A stretch of DNA of 64,000 nt, taken from assembly GCA_964304625.1 (NCBI GenBank), contig OZ199840.1:10487220-10551219 (forward strand), read 5' to 3'. This DNA comes from Kudoa neothunni (lineage: Eukaryota > Animalia > Cnidaria). Position 1 is the stretch's first letter. Each line of letters opens with the position of its first letter. Shown in pieces: positions 13,697 through 27,790 of the stretch. The translations under genes were made by a program, and so were the position numbers. The notes below the pieces were generated by a model, which did not search any database, was not told where the DNA came from, and worked only from the letters and a program-made list of their open reading frames with translations.

Positions 13697-15255
13697 GTTC
13701 TTACACAAATTGTAAACGTTGGTTGATTTTTGTTTTTTACACGTGATTAGCAAAACTTCGATACTTATTAATGCAAAATGATAAAAAAAATTTTTAATTT
13801 GGTTGAAATGTGCCATATGTTTTAATCTTATTTATATCATTAAAAAAACAAAATTGACATTATTATTAACTTAATATAAAGTTTATTATAACTAAAATGT
13901 TTTTTTTGTGAAATTTTCACCGTATAAATGTTTCAAAAAATATCAATCGGATGTGCGCAACTATCATTTTCTAAGGGATGACAATTGTTGTGATAGAATT
14001 TAAGCAAGTGGCTATTTTTTTGATAAATAATATCCAGTAGTCGTTAACTTTGACTACTTTTAATTATTTCTTCCTCCTATGAGCGAGAGAATGTGTCGGA
14101 AATAATTAACGCAAAATAATGTATAAAAGTTAATCTGTAGACAGCTTGCGAGTAAGGGTCGAGGGGATTAAAATTTGTTACTACGCTGGTGGACATACCT
14201 TTAAAGATTAGGATTTTCCAAAAAAACAATCTCTGCCTTAGTTAAACCAGTATAGAACCTTGGAGTAAATATGAATTTGGCTTACAAGTTAAGGGGATAA
14301 ATTTGAATAATCGGTTGAGAACCCCTGAATTACAGAATTAAAGAATTACAGTTTATGGTATGTTTATCAAATTTGGCGCCATTTCAAATAACTTTGACAC
14401 AACTTGGACATTGTTGTTATCAAACTGGTTTTTTTTAAATTTATCTCAAATATTATTTTAATAAAAATCATTATACTCTATTTGTGTCCGGTGCTTAGTT
14501 TGACGCCTGAATGAGCGTAGAACAAAATAATATATATATTTATATATTATTTTTGGTATCATTCTTTAACACATATATAATTTAAATACGTCTTGATTTA
14601 CAAAAAGAACTATTTTATTAAAATAGACAAATTATATAGTTATGTGGACTTTTTTTAAACGTTTATTTGATTACTATGAATAATTTTCATGGATCCAATT
14701 TAATTTTTCTTAAAAATATTATCTACGATAGCGCTTAAAAATTCATTTAATTTTGGCACTGTCTATCACTTTTAAATACAACTCCCTTTTTCTGCCTCCA
14801 AAAAGAAATTAAAAGTAGATGTATTTTTCCATTTGAAAAGTATTTATGCTAATCTTACACGAAAAAATAGTTTAAAATAAAGGCACTGGCTATCGCTACG
14901 GGAGCGAATAATTTCAAATCTAAAAACCCATTTGAACATCACATTTGTAATTAATGATTTTTTCGACATTTTACGAAGTTTTTTGTTAAATGTCGATTTG
15001 ACGCAGGTCATTGCAATTTGGCCGAAAATCACAGGCCTCCTCAAATTACACAATACACGCATGCGCAGCGTCAAAATTTCTAATTTTTGTCAAAGTTCAT
15101 ACAAATAAGAAAAATCGGAGCGAAATTTTACAAAAATAATTTCAAGTAAATCGAAACAAAATAAATCATTTTACAATAAAAGCAATTGTTATATTGGTTT
15201 TTAAATACATATTCAAAATGAAAACCACCTATCAATATATTGATAAAAATATATC

Positions 15256-16456
15256 TTAACAAAAGTACATTTTGGGATAGTTGAAGAAGCCAGTTCGGAG
15301 CATATTCACCATCATTGCGTACGCCGTAAAAATAAAACCGGCGCCTTTGATATAATCCACTGAATTAATTATCGTTTAGAATCGTGTAATATTTTAAGTG
15401 TTTGAATTACAAAGATTGTCCCCATGAATGGTCTTCTCCGCATTACGTTGGTTATCGTCCACTGCGCAATTCAATGCGTAGAATCCATAAGCCCCTGACA
15501 TTACTAAACCGAACAATTAGTGGATTCTAATTGATTGTCAACAATAAACTAATTAACAAATATTTTTTTATTTCAATATTTTCGAATTAATACATAATAG
15601 AACCTACGCAATGAGAATATCAATAAAGTGGTGAAGGTGGTTTGAATCGCGTTGTTGTATGATGGAGACTAAAATGATAATTAGACAACGCATCGCTCCA
15701 CACAATATAATACGTCATATTGAAGTGTTAGCAGCATTTCTATATCAGTGGTGAATGTACGGAACCCGCCAGAAAATATCAAACCAATAAAAATCTAATT
15801 AGATACAAGAGTAATTAGTAACAATTGATAATATATTGTCATCCAATTATCCCCAAATAAACTACACAATACGACAGATTAAGTTGAAGATTATTACTAG
15901 GAAAAGATTCCTTGCGAGGTTTGCATTGAAGAATTCTCTCGCCTCAGGTACATAAAAAAGTATAACTGTTACCAGTAGAAATTCTGCAGCAGCTAGAATT
16001 TTGAACACTGACAGTGATTTGCTTTTTATTGTATCGATCTAATCCAACCATTAAATCATATGGAATCATTTGAAATCATTTGAATTGATCGGAGCCGAAA
16101 ATTACTTTTATTCTAATCCCGCTTTTACGAGTCGTTGCAACGTTAGTTGACCGATTTCATTAACGCTATAGTTTCGAGTGATTAACCACACAATACACTC
16201 GCTAAATACTCGTCATCTTGAACAATTAAATTAACAAGTTTGTTAAGCCTCGTTTTCATGGCAACCAAATATAACGAAGGCACAAGCTGAACATTTAGCT
16301 ACACCAAAACGATTAACAAACACTCATACATTTATATACTCATACTCACAATATTACCTTTTTAAATATATCCGAATTTTGTTGCAAAACCACCTTATAA
16401 AAAATCAAATTATTTGACTGTATCCTGTCCATCATGAGTTCGATTTCATGTTCCAT
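15256..16456 (-). CDS. Multi-pass membrane protein, probably divergent Bax inhibitor-1/TMBIM family (many short exons, missed by the ORF track)
   Basis: Spliced hydrophobic segments FKILAAAEFLLVTVILFYVP, NLFLVIIFNLIC, IFIGLIFSGG, TTFTTLLIFSL; C-terminal LFGLVMSGAYGFYALNCAVDDNQRNAEKTIHGDNLxDYIKGAGFIF resembles the BI-1 D-x-Q..EK..HGD.DYI region. Confidence 0.55.
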
Positions 16457-17014
16457 GTCTCTATTTTATAATGTATTTTTAAGTTAAAAAGCGAACAATA
16501 ACAAATGTATTAAGATACAAATGAAATTGAGTTTTAGCAAAACCAATCAATCTCTTCGATCTAATTACCTGCATATATCACATTTGGTGTCGATCCCCAT
16601 TGGATGTAAAAAATAAAACAACTGAGTTATTGCGTAACAACCTTTGAACATGGTATAGTTGGTCCACATGAGTTAATTCGACAAAATTGTTCTGACAATG
16701 GATCAACTTTATCAACATTCAAATTATTTCAATCAATAATCAGTTGAAATTTTATTACTGAAAATGAAAAACACATCAGAATTAAATAGATCGAGTTGTC
16801 AATAAAATTCTTGCGACCAAGCTAACCTAATTCGTAGATCAATCGGCTTTCTAAGGATTTATAATGATAAGTGGCCGCCTTATTTAGGATTTTAGCTCAT
16901 TTAAGTCTATCGAATTGTGTATTAGATAAAGTGAAAATTCCGCTCACACATTAATTATACAGATACATCGAAATACAGACGTTTATCGACGATATTTTAG
17001 CGATGATAGAGCTT

Positions 17015-17024
17015 TGCGTGCGCA
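17015..17024. promoter_or_regulatory. TGCGTGCGCA motif in the divergent intergenic region between the TMBIM-like gene and CPOX
   Basis: Exact decamer copy. Confidence 0.4.
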
Positions 17025-17443
17025 TATAGAAAAACCTTATCCACTCTATTTACTCTATTTATACAAAATATGATTCTGAAATTAATATTGTTTGATTGGT
17101 TACACGTACCAACCGCCACTAACAACAAAATGATCTTTAAAAATACGACTGCGCATAAAACGCATTACACGGGAATATGCGTGAACTCACTCACTCCCCA
17201 AACTCTCGTTAATTCTTTAACTGTGACGATATTCGACTTTTCCAAACATAAATTATCTTTAATATTTTTTATTGTTTATTTCTATAGCTATTTCATTATA
17301 TTGCCGTCGGCAGGCACTGAATTTTTTTGTATTTAAAAAATCCACTACCTTTATATTAGCCTCTATATTATATTTGAGCTGATAACTCGCAAGTTTATTA
17401 TCAACATATATAGTCACGTTATCTGAGTTGTTAGGCAGCAAAC

Positions 17444-18755
<1,312 letters not shown>

Positions 18756-21047
18756 TCTAATCTACCTCCTTATGAATTAAAATTGAACTTTAATTCGTCG
18801 TTAATACTGGGAATTTATTTTTTGGTGTTCAAAAATTTATAGCACAGTTTTTTGTTTATTTTTTACAATTAATTTATTAATGTACTTATTATTAATTTAT
18901 TTATTGGCTTAATTTTACGATAAATTACATAGAAATTTTTAGCAAATTGAATCACATGCATAAAAAGTGATTCATTATTATTTAATGATTAAAATATCGT
19001 TTAATTCAGGATTATCTTATTAAATGAATTATTTGTTTTTATAAAATATACATTTATAGAATAGTTTATCGGTTTAAATTTAAAATAAATGAAAAATTAA
19101 GTTCGTTAGAATACCCGAGGGATTTAAGTAATATAAATCAATGGTTTTTAATTATCATTTATTAGAATCGCCAAGATGGTAGTAAATTACATGTATGTAT
19201 ATGTGTACTAATAATGTTATCTCTGAGCGAATTACCCGTCGTATTTTATTCATAGTGTTATGGATATTAACAAAAATATTTAAAATTATAAGAAGACTTT
19301 TTATTATATATGTTGAATATGAAAATCATTACAACAGATCGTCACATCCATAAAGTTAGCAACTTTACTATATTAATTTTGGCGCAAGCGCCAAAATGTC
19401 ATTTTAATGTTAATATAACACACGATATTTTTTTTTAGAAAATGAGGACTTAATTTTATACATTTCATATGTTATAATTACATTTTATAAGCGGCTAATG
19501 ATTATCCCGTCTGGGTTATCCGTCTCGTTTTCAATACACCAAAGATTACGTGATATTTTTAATTGATTAATTAGTTCTTGAATATAATTTATTAGAAGCG
19601 TGTAAATTGATATTATATTTATATGTATATTATGGTAAATAATAAATCTCACCCTCCATATATCATTGAATATTTGCGTTCGAAATCTTTGATGGTCAGT
19701 ACCGCGATATTTATTTTTCTATTGTATTCTTATCTAAATCAGTTTAATACATATATATGTATGTTTATTTAAATAAAGTTTTTATTGTATAAATAACACA
19801 AAAATTTAAAATAATTCATTTTCATCAATCTCACGTTTAAGCTAAAACCACATGAGATGCTTCTAATTCGTACAACAAATGTTTTCATATAAGGATTAAA
19901 CCAAAATCAATTTTATAATTATTAAGTAAATCAATGGATATGTGATATCAGGTTAAAAAATTATTCGTGATGTTTAAAACCACCGCATCGGAATGTTTAA
20001 TACTGAGGTTTGTTTAATTAATTGATTATTAACAATTCTTAAACAAGAATATCGATATTAAAACTTTACCAATTTACAAATAATAAACTATATAATCAAA
20101 TATTTTGGCCACTATTATTTAGATTAATTTTAATAGTTTACTATTCTATTAGCTAATATTTCGGTACTTGTGACTATTCTTAATTACTATAATATATATT
20201 TGTTGGTTTCTTAAAATTGAATAATTTGTAAAAATTCGAGATGTGTAAGTATTAATTTTTTTGCAAGATCAACTTATTTGAATTGTTTATTTTTCAGTAT
20301 TGTAATTATTTTCAGTTTTAAATATAAAGTTGAATTTAGTTAACATGTACTTATATCATGACGCATAATTAATGTTTCATATTTGAAATCTCAGTATTGA
20401 TGTAAATAATAGGGCGTGGGTGTGTAAAATACTTTTAGAATGTTTAAGTACACATGCCTGATTTTTTAAAACAAACGGAATTTTCTTAATTTTAAAAAAT
20501 ATACAGTTTGTTTTGCAGTTTAAGAAAGCTTTTATCAATAGGATTAGTGCTCGGAATCAAACAATTTATTACATAAATCAAACTCAATTAGACCCGATTA
20601 AACAGTTATATTAACCAATGTATCCGCTAAATTATTCATTTAATTTTTAATCCATAATGTTTCGTATGTTCAAGCAATTCTAGATCTTGTTAGTTTCCAT
20701 AAAATTTCTACAATAAATTTTGCAACTTATTGTCTTTCAAAAGTCTGTTCTTGGCTAAATTACTTCTTATATACATATTATTGGTTAAGTTTGATTTTTT
20801 TTAATAAGGAACAATAAAAATTAAATTAGATGCGTACAATGTAATAGAGTTTGTTCATTTGATGAAATCAACTGATAATGAAGAATTTAATAATTCTTCG
20901 GTAGGCATTCATTGGTTAGCAATATAACATATTCGTCCATTCATACAATTATTTTAATATTAAATAATACCTTTCAGCTACATTAAACATCATTAATGTC
21001 GCTTGTTTTTCATATTATTTCCACGTTAAGTAATTTTAGAATTTTTT

Positions 21048-23899
21048 GTGTTTTCCATATTATTTGTTATAGTTTTTATCGACCAAACCTTCTCTAATGA
21101 AAAAGTTTCTACCACTCCAACGGAAATAGTGAATTATCAGATTGTGAAAGATACGGGTGATAATCCATTCAAACTCCAACTTGTGTTAAGTGGGAGTATT
21201 TATACTACCGCCAATAAGATATGTCGCATCAGGAATTCTATTAAAACGAGCGATGCACTTACTTTAAATGAAATTAGTTCTTGCACTACCGGAGAACTGA
21301 CTGGTGTTGCCACCGATAAATGTGTTAGAGTTTGTGCTGGAAACGATTTAAAGTTCGAATTTGATAAGCTATCTCCCAGAACTTCGTACATTTACATACT
21401 TTCTGGGACCAAGGAAGACACTCAAAAAGTAGCAAACGAATTAACAGGAGGAAAAATATTTGGTTTTTCAACACGTAACTTATTATTAATGAAACGAATA
21501 ACTACATTAACTTTAGCATTGCTTGTTAATCCGAAATTTTCTGTTTCCTTAGACGACTCAAAAAAGCTTAAATTAGGCGTCAAAACGTGCACTCCAGTGG
21601 ACTGTCCAATTCACTACAAAGATATGAAATACGAAGCAGGCACAAAATCCAATAATTGTAACAGTGAAAATCAATCGAATACCGTCGATTTCGATCTTCT
21701 TATTCCTCATTATGAAGTCAGATGCGAAAACTATCCAAGCTTTTTTTATAGCATGCCCAATGAATACATGAAAAGCGGAATTGAAATTTACAAACCACAA
21801 TTTTATGTCACAACAAATTCTGCAGATACTAAAGTTAATTTAAAATTTGCTAATAATCCATCTCACGAAATCTGTGTGTTTCGTCTTAAAGATGCTACTT
21901 CAACTGGTTCAAGTGAAGCATATGAGTCAAATTGTGGTAACCAAAATGGTGATTGCTACGCCCCTTGCGCAAATATTACATTAACAGTCAAAGCAGAAAA
22001 ATCATTTTACAAAGTCGTAATCCAAACAAGACATCACGATTTAACGATAAAAGCTGGAAACAATTATGAGGGGTATACTCAAAATAAATACGGTAGTAAC
22101 GAATGAAATCACTAACATAAATATGATTAATTCTTTTAGCAATTACTGAGCCAGCCGGGGGATTATTATCAGAGTTCACTCATGCAGGTGTCACGTTTGA
22201 TTCAACCCCTTTTAAAGTTGGTGGGGGAACTACTACTCTCACTCACTTCCCTGCAGACACTTTTACACCATCCACACCAAGTGCCACTAATTGTGCTGCT
22301 GAAAAAGTAGCACAACGAATCAAGCTGGAGGTAGTTGCAAAACAGAAGGCATTAAATTAGTGGTAACCGGTCTTGAGGCTGGAAGGGCATACGTGTTTGA
22401 AGTTGCAATGTCAACCATCGAAGATCCAAGTGGCTTTAAAGAAAAAATATTTTATAGAACGAGTGAATATACAAAATAGTATTAAAATAATTAATATTTG
22501 TTAAGGAAACGGAGGTGAAAAGAATTATTTAGCCACGCCTCCAACAACAACAGCATCAGATGCTTCCTTCAAAGCTGTGGATGGTTCGGTTGGAGGTGAA
22601 AAAGCAACCGAGCCAACATGTGAATATCATGTTAGTGCGATGGGGAAGAATAATTTCTATCCTGCCTCATGTGAAGATAGAAAACCATGTAGAGGTTGGT
22701 GTAGGGACACCAAAAAAATAGTCGGTCTGGAACCTGGGGTCCAATATGACATCAAGGTAATTGCTCACAGAGATTATGCAGAACATATTTATAGCGGAGT
22801 TGAAACTAGTAAATAATCTGTATGTACTTTAAACTAAATTTCATTAGAATTGGCTACATTATCAATTACCCATAGATTCAATATGGAAGGATTTGAGTTG
22901 AATGCACAATTATCAACAAAGACACCAGCTGTATGTGAATATGATGTAAAAATTAAAAAAGGTAATGATTATGAGTCGGTATTTGTCTGCCCTGCCCTTG
23001 TTCCGACTATTCCAACTACTTCTTCAACTTCCAATCCTTCCCCAAGGGTTCCACAAAGTCCACAAAGCGGCGTAATCAAATCAAAATTTGAAATATCAAA
23101 AATAGTTAGAGCTGGGAGTCCAATAACAACTACTGCTCAAACTAATGCTGCAACTTCTAAGACCTGCCAATCCATGCCATCATGCAATTCTATTGTGTTC
23201 AACACTGACTACGACCCAAACCATGAATACAGAGTTTTAGTGACTGCCAAAGGAAAATCAACACAACAAATAATTGATATTCCTTCAAGTGATAATTTTA
23301 ATTTAGAATTTATCCCAATAAATAAATGATTAGATAAGCCTAAAGAAAATCCAACAGATGCCAATAAAATATTAGACGTTTCAATAACACGAGATGGAAC
23401 TACATTCACAGTGGAAACTCACCATTCGACAAAAGTGAATGACCAATCAAAATGTAAATGGGAATTGAAAAATACAAGTGCCAAATCACAATTAATTGTG
23501 AGATCATGTATGACGCGAAATTCTGGATGCACCGTGTTTCCAAAATGTGCAAGTTTCACCATTAGTAACCTTCCAGAATCAAACAATTATCATTTAATTG
23601 TATACTTGGAGTCTGATCCGACATATTATGGAACTGCTGCAATAAATCAAGGTATTAATAAATTAAAAATTATTTATTGAATAAATTCTTTAGGTGAAAA
23701 AAGTAGTGCAAAGTAAATTGATTACTAGATAATAACATATAACATAATGAACTATTTAGGTCAAACACGAAAATGATGTATTAATTTTTGTTATTTAATT
23801 TTTTAATTAATAATTAGAATTATTGTATCAGCGGTTGCTGGAGTGATACTTTTGATAGGAGGAATCGCATTCTTCATCGGAAAAAAGAAAAATGACTAA
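21048..23899 (+). CDS. Type-I membrane protein with about 7 cysteine-rich fibronectin-III-like repeats; one apparent frameshift at 22301-22307
   Basis: Hydrophobic N-terminus; repeats ending DKLSPRTSYIYIL, VTGLEAGRAYVFEVA, VGLEPGVQYDIKVIA, DYDPNHEYRVLVTA, ISNLPESNNYHLIV; phase-1 introns between modules; TM IIVSAVAGVILLIGGIAFFI then GKKKND*; true start uncertain. Confidence 0.75.
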
Positions 23900-26286
23900 C
23901 CCCTATATCATCTCTATTTATTTATATTTTAGCTTATTAATTTTATAATTTTATGATTTTACTCCAAAGAACAATATTTTCACTTATGTAACTTACTATT
24001 GAAATTACTCTCTTTTTAAACACAAGCATTTTTTTTGAAAAGACTCTCATGAAGATAATCTAATTATCTTTGGGTTGAATATACCTAATAATTTATGGTT
24101 CCTTTTAAATACAAACACTTATAATTAACAAAAAATACTATTAAAATAATCCAAATTGCATTTAATTCGATATATATCGTAATTATTTAATATTACTATT
24201 ATACATTCTCTAAAAAGTTAACCCGAAAATTTTAGAATATTCGTAGAACTTTATTGTGTATTAAACTCACACTACTCATACCAAGGTAAATATGATAAAA
24301 TTAAATAATATAAAAGCTACGTTACACGCATTTAATCTATATTACATTTCACTATTAATCTACATAATAGAATCAGAGTAGATAAAACCATATCATATTT
24401 TCCAGATTGGTGATGATCAATTCTAGAAATCACAATAAGATCTCGATATTGCGCAACATGTCCCCGATCCCCTTAAGTTACAGTGATATAGATTCTTTCC
24501 TTTAAAACAATATAAAAATAAGTATAATTGTGTAAAACTTAATTTAAACTATTTTATCTAAGCTCATGAATTTATAATATCAATATTGTTCGTTTGTATT
24601 TGTTTATAAATTATAAATTTATACAATCTAACTTAAGGGTAGTACGTAATATCGCAACGAAAATAAAATTAATCAATTTCTATAAAGTTTAATTGGTACT
24701 TTATAAACTTTATAACATTAATAGCATATCATCACAATATGGCTTCAGAAAAATCGAATTATCAATTTTTTTTTACATTTTGTATGCCGTGCGTCAATAG
24801 GTGGTAACAGATTCTAACTCTATACCGAAGTTTGAATTTAGCAAATATAACAAAAATTGTGACTAGAACAAACGTTAAACTTTAAACAATGAAGATTTTT
24901 GATATAAAAGCAAGATCTACCACGAATATTATTTAACCATACAGACTAGTTGTTTTAACGTTATAACGATTATTCTTCTCAAAATTAATGAAAATTCTCA
25001 AAGTAGAAAATATGAATATTCATCTACAAGTGAATGAGTAGATTGAATTGTGGGGAGAAAAAATAGAAAATTCTCCATAAGTCTTTCCAGTAGATCTAAT
25101 GAATTCCTTACGATGCTCCCATATCAACACATGCATCTATTAATGGGTTTATGAATTTATGAGAAGATTTAAAATTTCGCATAATACATTTTTTGATGAA
25201 TCCTCAAATTTTTAATCATGCTACATAACAAATTACTTAAAATATTAAAATAAATATGCTGGTTGGTAAAAATATAAACTAATTTTTTAGTTTTTTCGTT
25301 TATTTCCGAATGCGCAAAGTTATGCCGTGCCAGAGCTGTCAGCGGAGTTATAAAAAACCCAAGGTCGTGACAAAAGCTACGTCATAGCACACCAAAAAAC
25401 AGAATCGTATCTATTAAAATTTTTTACCCTCTTCCGATTCTATAATTACATCTCCAAATATTAAATTTGAATTTATCATCATATTATTGCGATTGTTTGA
25501 TGCGAAAACTCACTCATATTAATTTCTAGTATAGATCAATATACTCACAATTAATTACTTCATAGTTCAAGATATATTTTGAAATAACGTTTAAATTTTC
25601 TGATAATGTACGAAAATGTTTACTGAATATTTATTTAATGGTGTCATGCTAAACACTCTAATGTGCTATCATTCAACAATATCTTAGATGTTTAAACCCT
25701 GCATGAAATAGCCTGAGTTGGGTGCGCATTAAAAATATAAAGATTAAAGACACACGTAGAAAAAATTTGTGTTACTATTCCATGTTTATGGGTTTTCATT
25801 AAAAATTCAAGATAATGTAAAAAATGAAAAACCCCAGATCTTGTGGGAAAATCTAAGATCTGGCAGCCTGTGCCGTGTGTATTAATAATCATCACGCACG
25901 ACCCATGTTATTGTATAACCATCTGTCTAGCAATGTGCGATTAAAAACTTTAACCTTTAGTTTTGTTTTTAAATGGGAAAATTTTAAGGTAAAGTTAATT
26001 CAGATGGTAATTTAGTACCCACCAAATATCACTAATTCAGGAAAACACGTTAATAATGAGACAAATAAATTACTTCAAACGCTAAGTTAAAGCTTTCTAA
26101 AAACAGCACACACTCGAAATTTAAGCTTACATAAAAAGTGAATAAAAATTTAAATAGGGAGAACAAGACTCGATTTCACACAGCGCAAGATGATTAGATA
26201 AATGTTAAAATAAGCTGGAAACGATAAAAACGCAAACGTAACCAAATGGAGAAACACTATCACTATTCATAACATAATATGTCAAG

Positions 26287-26997
26287 TTAGAACACCAATT
26301 TATGTGGGTAGGTTCCATTGGAAAGGAAAAAGGATTGTTTCATATAATCCTTAAGGAATGGAGTATTATTGATAGTTTCAATGAGTTTGGTGTCGATTTC
26401 AGTTTGCATAGGAGACAGTGGTTTCTTTTCAGCTTTCAATGCAGCGATGGCTTGATCGGTCATATGTTTGGTGTTTTTTCGGGAAGTTGCATTTCTGAAA
26501 AGGGCATCATCAACCGATGACAAGTCCAATTTAGGTAGATCCACTCGTGTGGAAGTGGCAATGACCATGGAGGAACTGACTCGTTTGAGAGGGCATCCGT
26601 TCAACTTGAAGGGGCCAGTAACAAGGAGAAGACCGCTTGGTAATTGTTTCAAAAACACCACACGTTTACCACGATGTTGGGTGGTGAGAAGGATCAGAAT
26701 TTGACCAGGTTGAATTTTGGATCTAAGTTTGGCTGGTTTTCTCACGTGTCTTTTGTTGATGTACTTCTTGCGAGGAACATCTTCAGTGGGATACCATCTG
26801 GCGTCATTCAACGATCGGGGAGTACCAGTTTTTTGGGTCTTTCCGACATTTTTGGTTGATTGAATAGCTTTCTTAACTCGTGAATTGCGTTGGGTACGTT
26901 GTCCCATTTTTTTGTTGGTGAACTTCATAAGAGCACCATCTGCATTGTGTAAACTATGGTTTCTGGTTTGTTGTATTTTAGTTGTTTTAGTAGTCAT
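26287..26997 (-). CDS. RPL6: 60S ribosomal protein L6 (eL6), intronless, 236 aa
   Basis: RWYPTEDVPRK, LRSKIQPGQILILLTTQHRGKRVVFLKQLPSGLLLVTGPFKLNGCPLKRV, YPHKLVF*; first ATG at 26997. Confidence 0.97.
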   Translation of the reverse strand: MTTKTTKIQQTRNHSLHNADGALMKFTNKKMGQRTQRNSRVKKAIQSTKNVGKTQKTGTPRSLNDARWYPTEDVPRKKYINKRHVRKPAKLRSKIQPGQILILLTTQHRGKRVVFLKQLPSGLLLVTGPFKLNGCPLKRVSSSMVIATSTRVDLPKLDLSSVDDALFRNATSRKNTKHMTDQAIAALKAEKKPLSPMQTEIDTKLIETINNTPFLKDYMKQSFFLSNGTYPHKLVF

Positions 26998-27207
26998 GGC
27001 AGATGAGTAGAAAGTAAGCTTGAACCCCTGTTGCAAAAAGTCGAATGCGCAGACAAAAGCGTGGCCACACGATAATTAACGCAAAAAAAACTCGGGAGTA
27101 ATCGCAAAACAGTTATACACATTAAATTCACTGAATGTATTTTCAAATATACAATAATACACATTAGATGTTTATTTGGTTAATAACCGATGACCAATAA
27201 GGTCAGA

Positions 27208-27759
27208 TCAGTCAACTATTTCCTCATCTCTTCTTAACATCATCTCTTTGTCATGTGGATAGAAGAAAATGCTCCATAGATAAAGTGACGCTGCGATCAT
27301 CATAAAATAGGGGCACACAAGTAGCGAGCGATACAAAGCAGTATATCTGGACTGGTTGCTATCATCTGTTCGTATCCAATCCGATATCTACATCGAAGTG
27401 TTAAATTTGGGCCAGAATCGATCTAACGGCTATTACCATTCCAACAATAAACGGACTGATAGCGTCACCAATTGCATGTATAAGTAGAATTTGAAGAGCG
27501 GAAGCGAGACCTCTGTGACGGATGTTGATCACCGACTAAATTAATAAAATCGTGTTAATAAATAATAATATTTAACAATAATAAATAATAATGGTGAATG
27601 AAGGCAGACGGGAGATACAATAAAAGCAATTTCAATTACCATCAAGATTATGCTGTTAGGAATCCAAGTTACGCAAATGAGAAACACCCCCACAAAGGTA
27701 AACACCTAAATCGAATAGATACAACAACAATGATCAATCAGTCACGATAGTAGTAGTAA

Positions 27760-27790
<31 letters not shown>

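Noticed and set aside
26302-26859. Three plus-strand ORFs over RPL6
   Set aside because: Antisense shadows of a conserved gene
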